64,000 nucleotides of DNA from Pirellulales bacterium (lineage in GTDB: Bacteria > Planctomycetota > Planctomycetia > Pirellulales > JALHPA01). The DNA is taken from the NCBI GenBank assembly GCA_041736895.1, contig JBGSSS010000136.1:5641-69640 (forward strand), written 5' to 3'. Shown here piece by piece: positions 28,481 through 35,959 of this stretch; within the stretch, counting starts at the first letter, position 1, and each line of letters opens with the position of its first letter. The position numbers were made by a program, and so were the translations under genes. The notes under the pieces were generated by a model. The model saw only the letters and a list, made by a program, of their open reading frames with translations, was not told the origin of the DNA and made no database searches.

Positions 28481-29098
28481 TTAGCCCGCCGCTTGGACTT
28501 CAACACGATCCGGTCCCACAATGCGTGTGACGACCACTTGCGTGCCGGTGGGAAGCGGTTGCAGTGGCGTGCTGGCTTCGTACTCCATGGTGCGGTTTTG
28601 GAGCATGAGTTGAATTTTGCCCCAACCGCGGCCTTCGCCGGGAATGCCAAGATACACCGTCGCGGGCAAACCCACGGCATGATCGATGCGCACTGTGCCA
28701 TCCGCGCGCAAGCGAAAAATCGCGCGAAATATTTGGTTCATAAGAACGACCGCTGCGCCGCCTACGGCAATCGCGACAACGATCGTTTGGAGATTTGTCC
28801 ATTCGGCGGATCGCGCGGCCATGCCTGCAAGGCCGAAGAACGCCATGAACGTGATCACGCTGCGCACGCTCAAGAGACCAAAGAGCCAATTGCTAAAGCT
28901 CTGGTGATGCGCGATGTTCTGATCGGTGTCCGTATCGAGTACGCTGCCATCGTGGCCGTCATAATCATGGCCAAGGTCATGGCCTCCGGCATCGAGATCA
29001 TGCCCCCCTTCGTGCCCAAAGCCGAGGAGCATCAGGACAAATTGCAAGACGATGACGGTCGAGCCAAAGATGGCGCAGATGAGAAAAAGATTTTCCAT
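28481..29098 (-). CDS. NfeD-like membrane protein (YqiJ-like partner of flotillin)
   Basis: N-terminal TM, a His/Asp-rich loop (GHEGGHDLDAGGHDLGHDYDGHDG), further TM helices and a C-terminal OB-like segment. It lies directly upstream of the flotillin gene. Confidence 0.65.
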   Translation of the reverse strand: MENLFLICAIFGSTVIVLQFVLMLLGFGHEGGHDLDAGGHDLGHDYDGHDGSVLDTDTDQNIAHHQSFSNWLFGLLSVRSVITFMAFFGLAGMAARSAEWTNLQTIVVAIAVGGAAVVLMNQIFRAIFRLRADGTVRIDHAVGLPATVYLGIPGEGRGWGKIQLMLQNRTMEYEASTPLQPLPTGTQVVVTRIVGPDRVEVQAAG

Positions 29099-29316
29099 GT
29101 CGCTAGCCCGGGGTATAGGAATTGCTCAAAAGGCGTAACTTGTCGTTACTGCGACATTCTATCTCACCGTATCGTAGACGACGCAAGGATGCGCTGGCAA
29201 TCATTTTGACGGCAGCCCTTTCACCGGTAGAATACGATGGCAACCACGATTTGTTTGTCACAACCTCCTGTTTTCATTGTATTCGCCGCCACGCCCCCAA
29301 TCTTGGAGAAAATCCG

Positions 29317-30090
29317 ATGTCGTTGAACCGCCGTGAGTTACTGCAACAAGGGGCCGCTTTGACGGTCGCTGGAATTGTGGCGAGCGTTCCTTGCCAAGCC
29401 GCCGAACCCGCGAAAGCCGCTCCGACTTCCGCCGGCAAGCCGGGAATCTTTTTCCCGTTTGCCTTGCCGCCGTTGCCGGTCGAACCGAACGCCCTCGAAC
29501 CGCACATCGATGCCAAGACGATGGAAATCCATCACGGCAAACATCATCAGGCGTACATCACAAACCTAAACAACGCGCTCAAGGAATATCCCGACCTGCA
29601 AAAGCTATCGCTGCACGAATTGCTCCGCGGCGGCGACAAGATCCCCGAAGCGATCCGCACCACGGTCCGCAACAACGGCGGCGGGCACGCCAACCACACG
29701 ATGTTTTGGAGCATCATGCGTCCGTCTGGAACTCAAGGCGCTGGCGGCAAGCCCACCGGCGCGCTGGCCAAAGCGATCGACGACGAATGGGGGAGCCTCG
29801 AAAAGCTTCAAACAGCGTTCAACGAAGCCGGGACAAAACTCTTTGGCTCCGGCTGGGTTGTGCTTGCCTCGGATAAGTCGGGCAAACTTAAACTCCTCAG
29901 CCAGCCCAATCAAGACAGCGTCGTCGCGGCCGGGTTCGCGCCGATCTTCGGCAACGACGTGTGGGAACATGCGTACTATTTGAACTACCAGAACCGCCGC
30001 GCGGATTATCTCAAGGCGTGGTGGAATGTCCTCGCGTGGGACATCGCCGGCACACGTTACGAATCGGCCAAGGCGGGGAAGGATATTTAG
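29317..30090 (+). CDS. Fe/Mn-family superoxide dismutase with twin-arginine signal peptide
   Basis: HHGKHHQAY and DVWEHAYYL metal-ligand motifs. The ATG at 29317 follows GGAGA. The N-terminus MSLNRRELLQQGAALTVAGIVAS looks Tat-like. Confidence 0.9.
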   Translation: MSLNRRELLQQGAALTVAGIVASVPCQAAEPAKAAPTSAGKPGIFFPFALPPLPVEPNALEPHIDAKTMEIHHGKHHQAYITNLNNALKEYPDLQKLSLHELLRGGDKIPEAIRTTVRNNGGGHANHTMFWSIMRPSGTQGAGGKPTGALAKAIDDEWGSLEKLQTAFNEAGTKLFGSGWVVLASDKSGKLKLLSQPNQDSVVAAGFAPIFGNDVWEHAYYLNYQNRRADYLKAWWNVLAWDIAGTRYESAKAGKDI

Positions 30091-30117
30091 AGAGGCGAAG
30101 CATCAATTTTGATAACA

Positions 30118-30184
30118 CTAAGCCCAGGGGGTTCACCCCCCTGGGTCGTTTTTTTACCCAGGGGGGTGAACCCCCTGGGCTTAG
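30118..30184. terminator. perfect 28-bp inverted repeat whose arms are each a CCCAGGGG hairpin (likely bidirectional terminator)
   Basis: ctaagcccagggggttcacccccctggg (30118-30145), the spacer tcgttttttta, and the exact reverse complement (30157-30184). It lies between convergent sod (+) and cutA (-). Confidence 0.7.
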
Positions 30185-30225
30185 ATTTGATTACTCGCAG
30201 AATCGAACGAGCTTCATCCGGGGAC

Positions 30226-30603
30226 TTACGTCCCCGGCTCAGGATCGATTTTCTCATCCAATTGCTCATGCAGCCAGCGCGCATATGGCGCGCTTGCCGC
30301 CACGACTTCGACAAGCAGCAACTCCGGCACATCGTACGGATGTAGTTCTTGCACCGCCACTTCGAGTTCCCCCCACTGGTCGCGGCGGGTTTTGATCCAG
30401 ACCTGATACTCGGCCGATTGTTCGAGTTTTCCCTGCCAGCGGTAGATGCTCTGGATCGGCCCGACGATCTGACAACAGGCGGCCAACCGACGATCCACGA
30501 GCGAAGTCGCGAGCGTCTGCGCTTCGACCATCGTCGCCACGGTCGTCACCGCCATGATGATCGCTTGGATCGCGCGGGAATCGTCGTCGGTGAGGGACAT
30601 CAT
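30226..30603 (-). CDS. cutA: divalent-cation tolerance protein CutA
   Basis: CQIVGPIQSIYRWQGKLEQSAEYQVWIKT and HPYDVPELL match conserved CutA1 segments. Confidence 0.8.
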   Translation of the reverse strand: MMSLTDDDSRAIQAIIMAVTTVATMVEAQTLATSLVDRRLAACCQIVGPIQSIYRWQGKLEQSAEYQVWIKTRRDQWGELEVAVQELHPYDVPELLLVEVVAASAPYARWLHEQLDEKIDPEPGT

Positions 30604-30611
30604 GTGTAGAG

Positions 30612-30745
30612 AACTTTTTGCCACTGATTGTCAGGGAAATTACTGATTTTCACTGATCGGACAGAGTTAAAAAAGTTGACTTAAGCTTTTTACATGCAGA
30701 TCAGTGCCAATCACTTCAAAAAAATCAGTGATATCTATGGCAAAG
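30612..30745. mobile_element. MITE-like AT-rich palindromic element, family B, copy 2 (more degenerate)
   Basis: aactttttgccactgat ... cactgatc ... gatcagtg ... atcagtg[atatctat]ggcaaag. It has the same architecture as 19798-19942. Confidence 0.45.
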
Positions 30746-30759
30746 CATTTCGTATTTTC

Positions 30760-31491
30760 TCAGTTACTCTTTTCTTCACCCATGTCCATTGCCACATCGG
30801 CAGCGCGGCCCGTCGGTGCCGGAGCGGGCGCGGGAAATTCGAGCTCCACCAGAAGTCCCGGCCGCAGATGGACATCCTCCGGGATCCCGACGCGGACGGG
30901 TGTCGCCGAGTCGGCGAGCGGGGTTGGGCTCCCTTTGATCTTTGGGGCGTTGCCCGCAGGTCCGACTTCTTCGATCGTCGTCAAGAAAGCGCGGGGTTCG
31001 CGGCCTTTGGTTCGAACACGGACGGGCATCCTTTGGCGAAGTTCTTGATTCGCACGGCGCGTGACGTATCCGACGATGTAGTCGCCTTGCTCGGGTGTGA
31101 TGCGAAAGAGCTTGGCCCCGACGGGCACGATCTGCCCTGGCTGAGCATGCAATTCGGTCAGGTGGCCCGTCACGGGCGCGATGACTAACTTGACTTCGCC
31201 ATCGCTTTGTATCGACGCGAGTTGCTGGCCTTTTTCCACGAAATCGTAAAGCCGCGGGGCGATCCGCGCCGGGGTGAACTCACCGGCCACCGGCGCGTTC
31301 AGCTCGACGATCGGCGAATAAACCTCGCCCCAGCCATGAATCACCGTCGATTGCCGCGTCCACAGCCAGCCAGCCAACCCCACGCAAATCAGAAACGACA
31401 CCGCCGGCAGAAATCGCCGCCGCATCTGTCGCCACCGGACAGACAGGGGGATTTCAATGGGGGCAGCGCACTTCGAAGCAGAATCGGCCAA
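30760..31491 (-). CDS. HlyD-like / biotin-lipoyl-fold membrane-fusion-type protein (start uncertain, alternative ATG at 31425)
   Basis: A single N-terminal TM (FLPAVSFLICVGLAGWLW), then a lipoyl-like hairpin (VELNAPVAGEF ... IAPVTGHLTELHAQPGQIV) as in HlyD-family adaptors. Confidence 0.55.
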   Translation of the reverse strand: MADSASKCAAPIEIPLSVRWRQMRRRFLPAVSFLICVGLAGWLWTRQSTVIHGWGEVYSPIVELNAPVAGEFTPARIAPRLYDFVEKGQQLASIQSDGEVKLVIAPVTGHLTELHAQPGQIVPVGAKLFRITPEQGDYIVGYVTRRANQELRQRMPVRVRTKGREPRAFLTTIEEVGPAGNAPKIKGSPTPLADSATPVRVGIPEDVHLRPGLLVELEFPAPAPAPTGRAADVAMDMGEEKSN

Positions 31492-31673
31492 GGCAGCAAG
31501 GCTTTCGGAGGGACGAATTTCAGGAGGGCTAGTCTTATTAGTAGCTATCGCCTACGCGCTGGTCAATCGAATTTTCGATGAGAAGTTCTGGAGATTTCGG
31601 AATTCAGGAAAAATTCAGGCGGCAGGGAACTTAAAGCTTCAGCAACATGGGATGCTGGCATTGCTTCAAGGGA

Positions 31674-31741
31674 GAAGGAAAAAGGAAAAAGGTGACTTTG
31701 CAAACAACGCTGATATGTTCCACCTTTTTCCTTTTCCCTTC
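31674..31741. repeat. 21-bp polypurine/polypyrimidine inverted repeat (one mismatch) with a 26-nt loop
   Basis: gaaggaaaaaggaaaaaggtg (31674-31694) pairs with cacctttttccttttcccttc (31721-31741). It lies between the DUF4956 and HlyD-like genes. Confidence 0.75.
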
Positions 31742-31779
31742 ATCCTTTCGTTGAACTATTCTCAAACGAAATTTGTCGC

Positions 31780-32466
31780 CTACACTTCCGTCTCTTCTCT
31801 GCGCTCAAACAGGCTAACATTAGCAACCCCGGGCACTTCGCGAAGTTCCTTGACCAGCTCCGAGCCGCGGGTCGGATCGCGCAACAGCAGCCGATAGGAA
31901 AGGTCGACCTGCTCGGTAGCGCCATCGCGCTGGCTAGCGAGGGTGATGTGCAAGCTATGCCGCCGCAAGATTAGCGGCAGCGTCGTCAGGTTCGCGCCCG
32001 CTGCTTGCAGCGAAAGGATCACGTCATAACGCTGCCGGCTGCCGAATTGAGTCATGCGCAGGTAGATGAAAAATAGCGCTAAGCAAGCACAGATCATCGC
32101 GGCGAGACTGAACCGCATCGTCCCGAGGGCCATGCCCTCGAGGATGGCCCAGAGGACGAACGTTGTGTCGCGCGTATCCTTGAGCACGTTACGAAAACGA
32201 ACGATCGCAAAGATCGCCAGCAGTCCAAGCGCGACCGCCAGATCACCCGTCAGGACGACCATTGTCAGCGCGACGAGCGCCGGCAAGACCGCCAGCGACG
32301 CGACAAAAGCTTGCGAATAAGAAAGCCCTGTGTGCGTCCACATGTAGACCCAGCCGATAACGTGGCCGACGGCGAACGCCAGCAAGATCGTCAGCAGAAT
32401 GACTTCACCAGGCACAGCGGCGGCAACTTGATCGCCGCGAGTCAGAATGTCCCACCAGTTTTCCAT
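31780..32466 (-). CDS. DUF4956-family membrane protein (alternative start 32499)
   Basis: Polytopic, with an AIVRFRNVLKDTRDTTFVLWAI segment that matches the DUF4956 core as I remember it. It sits in the usual position downstream of a VTC-domain gene. Confidence 0.6.
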   Translation of the reverse strand: MENWWDILTRGDQVAAAVPGEVILLTILLAFAVGHVIGWVYMWTHTGLSYSQAFVASLAVLPALVALTMVVLTGDLAVALGLLAIFAIVRFRNVLKDTRDTTFVLWAILEGMALGTMRFSLAAMICACLALFFIYLRMTQFGSRQRYDVILSLQAAGANLTTLPLILRRHSLHITLASQRDGATEQVDLSYRLLLRDPTRGSELVKELREVPGVANVSLFERREETEV

Positions 32467-32498
32467 AGAGATTCCAACAAAAGGCAATTCAAGTCCCA

Positions 32499-32637
32499 TT
32501 AGCCCCCGGTCAATGACCGGGGGGATTAAACGTCGCGCGATTTCATGCGTTGAGTTTCATAAGCTGATGAATCTTTGCGATTGTGATCTGCGAGTTCGAG
32601 AAATCCGCTTCTCCCCCCGTCATTGACGGGGGGCTAA
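32499..32637. mobile_element. MITE-like element, family A (G6/C6 hairpin termini), copy 1
   Basis: The left arm is ttagcccccggtcaatgaccgggggg and the right arm is ccccccgtcattgacggggggctaa. They are near-perfect terminal inverted repeats, and each arm is itself a hairpin. The internal region is homologous to 54882-55036 (for example aaacgtcgcgcgatttcatgcgttgag versus aaatcgtcgcgagaattcccgcgttgag). Confidence 0.55.
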
Positions 32638-32656
32638 AGGATACGCACATCATATG

Positions 32657-33418
32657 TCACGCGGCCCCCAGCACACACTGCGTCATCCGATCCAGCGCCA
32701 CAGCACAGCTAACATACTTGGCCATCTGCTGCCGGACCAGATTGTGCTGCAACACCAACTCGCGCATCCACGCAGGAAACCGGTCCGTGAACTTCAGCTC
32801 CAAAATCGTGCCGTTGATCCGGGGCTGCAAATGATCTGCAAGCGGACGGACATTCAATTGCTCGTCGTATTGCCCACCGGTGACATCGCGGTCAAAGGTG
32901 ACGCGGACACTGTTATCGGTGTTCGAGACGTAGGCCTCGCGGCGATAGCTGACGAGCATGCCGCGATCGGCGTGTAGCGCTTCGCAGAGCCGGCAGAATT
33001 CTTGCAGCGTCGCCAGCGCATGCGGCTCGCGCTTCCACAGCAGTGCCGGATCCGGATCGCGCGTCGCCAGCAGCCGCGGCACGAGCGCCCGCCGTACCGC
33101 GATGCGCTCCTTAGCCACGGCGTCGTTGACGCGGCGTTTGATCTCGAGAAACACCGGGCTCTCGGGTTGGTGATCGTAAAACCGGATGCGAATCTTGAAA
33201 CGATTCCGCAAGCCATCGAGCGTCGCGCGGCAAAGCCGCTGCTCGGCGTTATCGAGGTACAGACTATGAATCGCATAACTGCCATCGGGCGTGAACCGCG
33301 CGAACTCGTCGGGAACCAAGTACGCCTGAACCAGCGGGCGTAGCATCCGGGCTTGCGCTTCGGTGATTTGGTATTTGTACTCGTACCGGTTGGCTTGGAA
33401 GTGATGGGCGGCGAACAT
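32657..33418 (-). CDS. VTC-domain (CYTH-like, polyphosphate-polymerase-type) protein
   Basis: The N-terminal RYEYKYQI and the following basic beta-strand pattern (SLYLDN, RFKIRIRFY, FLEIKRR, ELKF) are typical of bacterial VTC-domain proteins. Confidence 0.75.
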   Translation of the reverse strand: MFAAHHFQANRYEYKYQITEAQARMLRPLVQAYLVPDEFARFTPDGSYAIHSLYLDNAEQRLCRATLDGLRNRFKIRIRFYDHQPESPVFLEIKRRVNDAVAKERIAVRRALVPRLLATRDPDPALLWKREPHALATLQEFCRLCEALHADRGMLVSYRREAYVSNTDNSVRVTFDRDVTGGQYDEQLNVRPLADHLQPRINGTILELKFTDRFPAWMRELVLQHNLVRQQMAKYVSCAVALDRMTQCVLGAA

Positions 33419-33687
33419 GCGTGGGTAAGGGAGGACTAGTGGCTGGGTAACGAGCAGTTATTGTAAATAGCAGGGGATTTAATCGGCAACGATCTTTTTG
33501 TAGTCCTGCTTCAGCTAATGGCACTCACAGCGGTTGAAATTGGCCACAGATGAGATTGTTAAAAATTCACACGTTCCGTCATTTGTCCCTGTTTTAGTAG
33601 TCCCGGCACATTGTTTGCACCATTTAGCTTATCAAGAAGAACACAAAAACACTCGTGCGTATTTGCTGCTACATAAGGAGAAATAAA

Positions 33688-34293
33688 ATGTACACACTCA
33701 TCAATAAAATTTTGCTTTGCGCTGTCGCAATGGCCGTTGGGCTGACGCAAGGCCAACCTGCACAGGCTCAAGGCGTTAGGTATTATGGCCGAACATTCCA
33801 AAACCCCTCTTACGCTCGAGGCTACTATCCGCATCAGCAGTTCAATAATCAGACATACACCACGCGTAGGCCGGTTTATAATGATGCGTTTGGGAATGGA
33901 ACAACCAACTCGATAGTGACGCAGACTCCCCAGGGTCCGGTCCGCGTGACTAGCACAATTAACCCCTATACCGGCGAGCAGATTTCAACCACTTACTTCC
34001 GCGATCCTCGCACCGGTCAGATATTTACTTCGGAACGCGTGGTCAACCCTCGCACTGGTGTCGATCAAGCCAGTACGCGAACGGTTAATCCTCATACAGG
34101 AACCGAGCAGCGTAGCAGTACGGCAGAAGATCCCCGCCTAGGCACGTATTCAGTGCAACTCAGCGGTACTAATCCATTGACCGGCGTCCCGTATCAATCG
34201 CGTTCAACGGCTAATCAGTTTGGAGGAACCTACGAACATCAAGATCCCTATTCGGGTGGCTCACGAGTTATCGTCCCTTATCGTCCGTATTAA
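33688..34293 (+). CDS. small secreted protein with NPxTG repeats
   Basis: AAGGAG lies 8 nt upstream of the ATG. Signal peptide MYTLINKILLCAVAMAVGLTQGQPAQA. Repeated motifs are INPYTGEQ, DPRTGQI, VNPRTGVDQ, VNPHTGTEQ and NPLTGVPYQ. A terminator follows. Confidence 0.6.
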   Translation: MYTLINKILLCAVAMAVGLTQGQPAQAQGVRYYGRTFQNPSYARGYYPHQQFNNQTYTTRRPVYNDAFGNGTTNSIVTQTPQGPVRVTSTINPYTGEQISTTYFRDPRTGQIFTSERVVNPRTGVDQASTRTVNPHTGTEQRSSTAEDPRLGTYSVQLSGTNPLTGVPYQSRSTANQFGGTYEHQDPYSGGSRVIVPYRPY

Positions 34294-34339
34294 TGTAATA
34301 CGGCATCCTTAGCTCGCCAGAGGAACAGATTCCAACACT

Positions 34340-34373
34340 AGGCCCCGCTCGAAAAGCGGGGCCTGTTTTTGTT
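34340..34373 (+). terminator. Rho-independent terminator
   Basis: The aggccccgc / gcggggcct 9-bp stem is followed by TGTTTTTGTT. Confidence 0.8.
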
Positions 34374-34432
34374 GGTCCCGAGCTATCTCACATGCTGCTT
34401 GGATCAACGGGGGCTACTGCGGGGCTGGAGTT

Positions 34433-34563
34433 GTGAGATTTGGTACTTGTACTCGTACCGGTTTGCTTGGAAATGATGTGCGGGGAACACGCAGGGCAGG
34501 GGAGACGGGCAGGGGCGAGGCAAGAATTTCATCGTAATTAGCGGAGCGCGAAATCGGCAACGA
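34433..34563 (-). pseudogene. diverged duplicate of the 5' end and upstream region of the VTC-domain gene (gene fragment)
   Basis: 34433-34490 aligns to 33364-33418. The minus strand encodes VFPAHHFQANRYEYKYQIS versus MFAAHHFQANRYEYKYQIT, the ATG is replaced by GTG, and a stop follows after 28 codons. The upstream parts also align, including the identical aatcggcaacga. Confidence 0.6.
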
Positions 34564-34580
34564 AGTTATCTAATACGACA

Positions 34581-34892
34581 TTAATTTGGCGACTGCTGGG
34601 CCTTTGCTTGGCGGATCGCTCGCAGTACCAGAAGCGACAATCCGAGCGCCAAGCCATGCGCGATGCCCCAAAACCAACGTCCATAGATCACAACTTCAGA
34701 ATGTCGCTGGATAATGCGATCCACGATCGGTTGTTCAAGCTCGCCTAAATTTAGCTCCAACAAAGGAAGGTAGTAGGCATCCGCAGTCAGTCGGCCGCCT
34801 AAACCAATATTAACCAAGTCTTGAATAAAAATTATCGCCAGAACTACGATCAGGACAATTAACGATTTCGGAGTTTTCATTCGTCGCACCAT
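34581..34892 (-). CDS. small membrane protein, unknown function
   Basis: Two or three hydrophobic helices. G+C is lower than the surroundings. The start is uncertain (34892 or 34880). Confidence 0.45.
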   Translation of the reverse strand: MVRRMKTPKSLIVLIVVLAIIFIQDLVNIGLGGRLTADAYYLPLLELNLGELEQPIVDRIIQRHSEVVIYGRWFWGIAHGLALGLSLLVLRAIRQAKAQQSPN

Positions 34893-35048
34893 GTATGAAA
34901 AAAATCTTATTGCGGAAACCAGCAAACTATTTTACTCGAACCCGGTGATTATACTCTCAAAAACCGAAAGTGCGTATTCTCAGTTGGCAGGTTCCTGCTT
35001 ATGCTCGATGCTTCTAATGAATGAAATTTCACTTGCAGGGGAGTCCGT

Positions 35049-35954
35049 TTGCCTAGTCTGTTGGCATCGAGCGAGGTTCCGTGGTTTTTGCTGCTGCCGC
35101 TGGTGAGCAGCATCTTCTACGTTGCCGGAGCGCTGTCCCTCAAGTACGCCGCGCGCTATCGGCCGAATGTTTGGCAATCGGCATTTTACACCAATGTCAG
35201 CTTCGCCGTTTGCTCGCTGCCGCTCTGGTTCGGCGATGGACCCTCAACGATAGATTGGGGCACGCTCTGGCAGCCGCTCCTCACGGGGTTTTTCGGCCTC
35301 ATGGGGCAGGTTCTCACGCTGCTCGCGCTAAGTCGCGGCGATGTGTCCGTCGCGACGCCCGTCTTGGGGCTCAAGGTCCTGTTCGTCGCTCTATTCTCGT
35401 CGCTGTTGACAAGTAATGTGGTCGAAGCGAATCTCTGGCTGGCGGCACTCCTGAGTGTGGCAGGCATTGTGCTCCTGCAATTCCGCACCGGCGAACACCA
35501 TCACGACGTCCTCTGGACGATCATTCTCACGGCGTTCTCGGCCATGTTTTACGGCCTGCACGATTCGTGCGTCGTGCGCTGGAAACCAAACTGGAACGAT
35601 TGGTTCTTGCCACTGGTATTCGATTTCATGGTCGTCGGCACCGGATTGATCTGGTTCACCGTGCGGCGCTACGTCCCGCCGCTCGATCCGCGCGCTCGCA
35701 AGTCGGTGCTGTTCGGCAGTTTTCTGATCGGAGCGCAGGGCTTGCTCTTGATCTACACGATCGCTCAATACGGTGAACCGACTCGTGTGAATCTGGTCTA
35801 CAACGCGCGGGGGCTCTGGAGCGTCCTGGCCGTCTATTGGATCGGGCACTGGTACGACAACATGGAGCAGCACTTGGACCGCGCGACGTTGCAACGCCGC
35901 TTTATCGGCGCGGCACTGATGCTCGTGGCGATTGTGTTGGCAATTTGGAAGTAG
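35049..35954 (+). CDS. EamA/DMT-family transporter (start uncertain, non-ATG)
   Basis: About 10 TM segments in two similar halves, with a typical EamA-like length. Confidence 0.7.
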   Translation: MPSLLASSEVPWFLLLPLVSSIFYVAGALSLKYAARYRPNVWQSAFYTNVSFAVCSLPLWFGDGPSTIDWGTLWQPLLTGFFGLMGQVLTLLALSRGDVSVATPVLGLKVLFVALFSSLLTSNVVEANLWLAALLSVAGIVLLQFRTGEHHHDVLWTIILTAFSAMFYGLHDSCVVRWKPNWNDWFLPLVFDFMVVGTGLIWFTVRRYVPPLDPRARKSVLFGSFLIGAQGLLLIYTIAQYGEPTRVNLVYNARGLWSVLAVYWIGHWYDNMEQHLDRATLQRRFIGAALMLVAIVLAIWK

Positions 35955-35959
35955 GTCGC

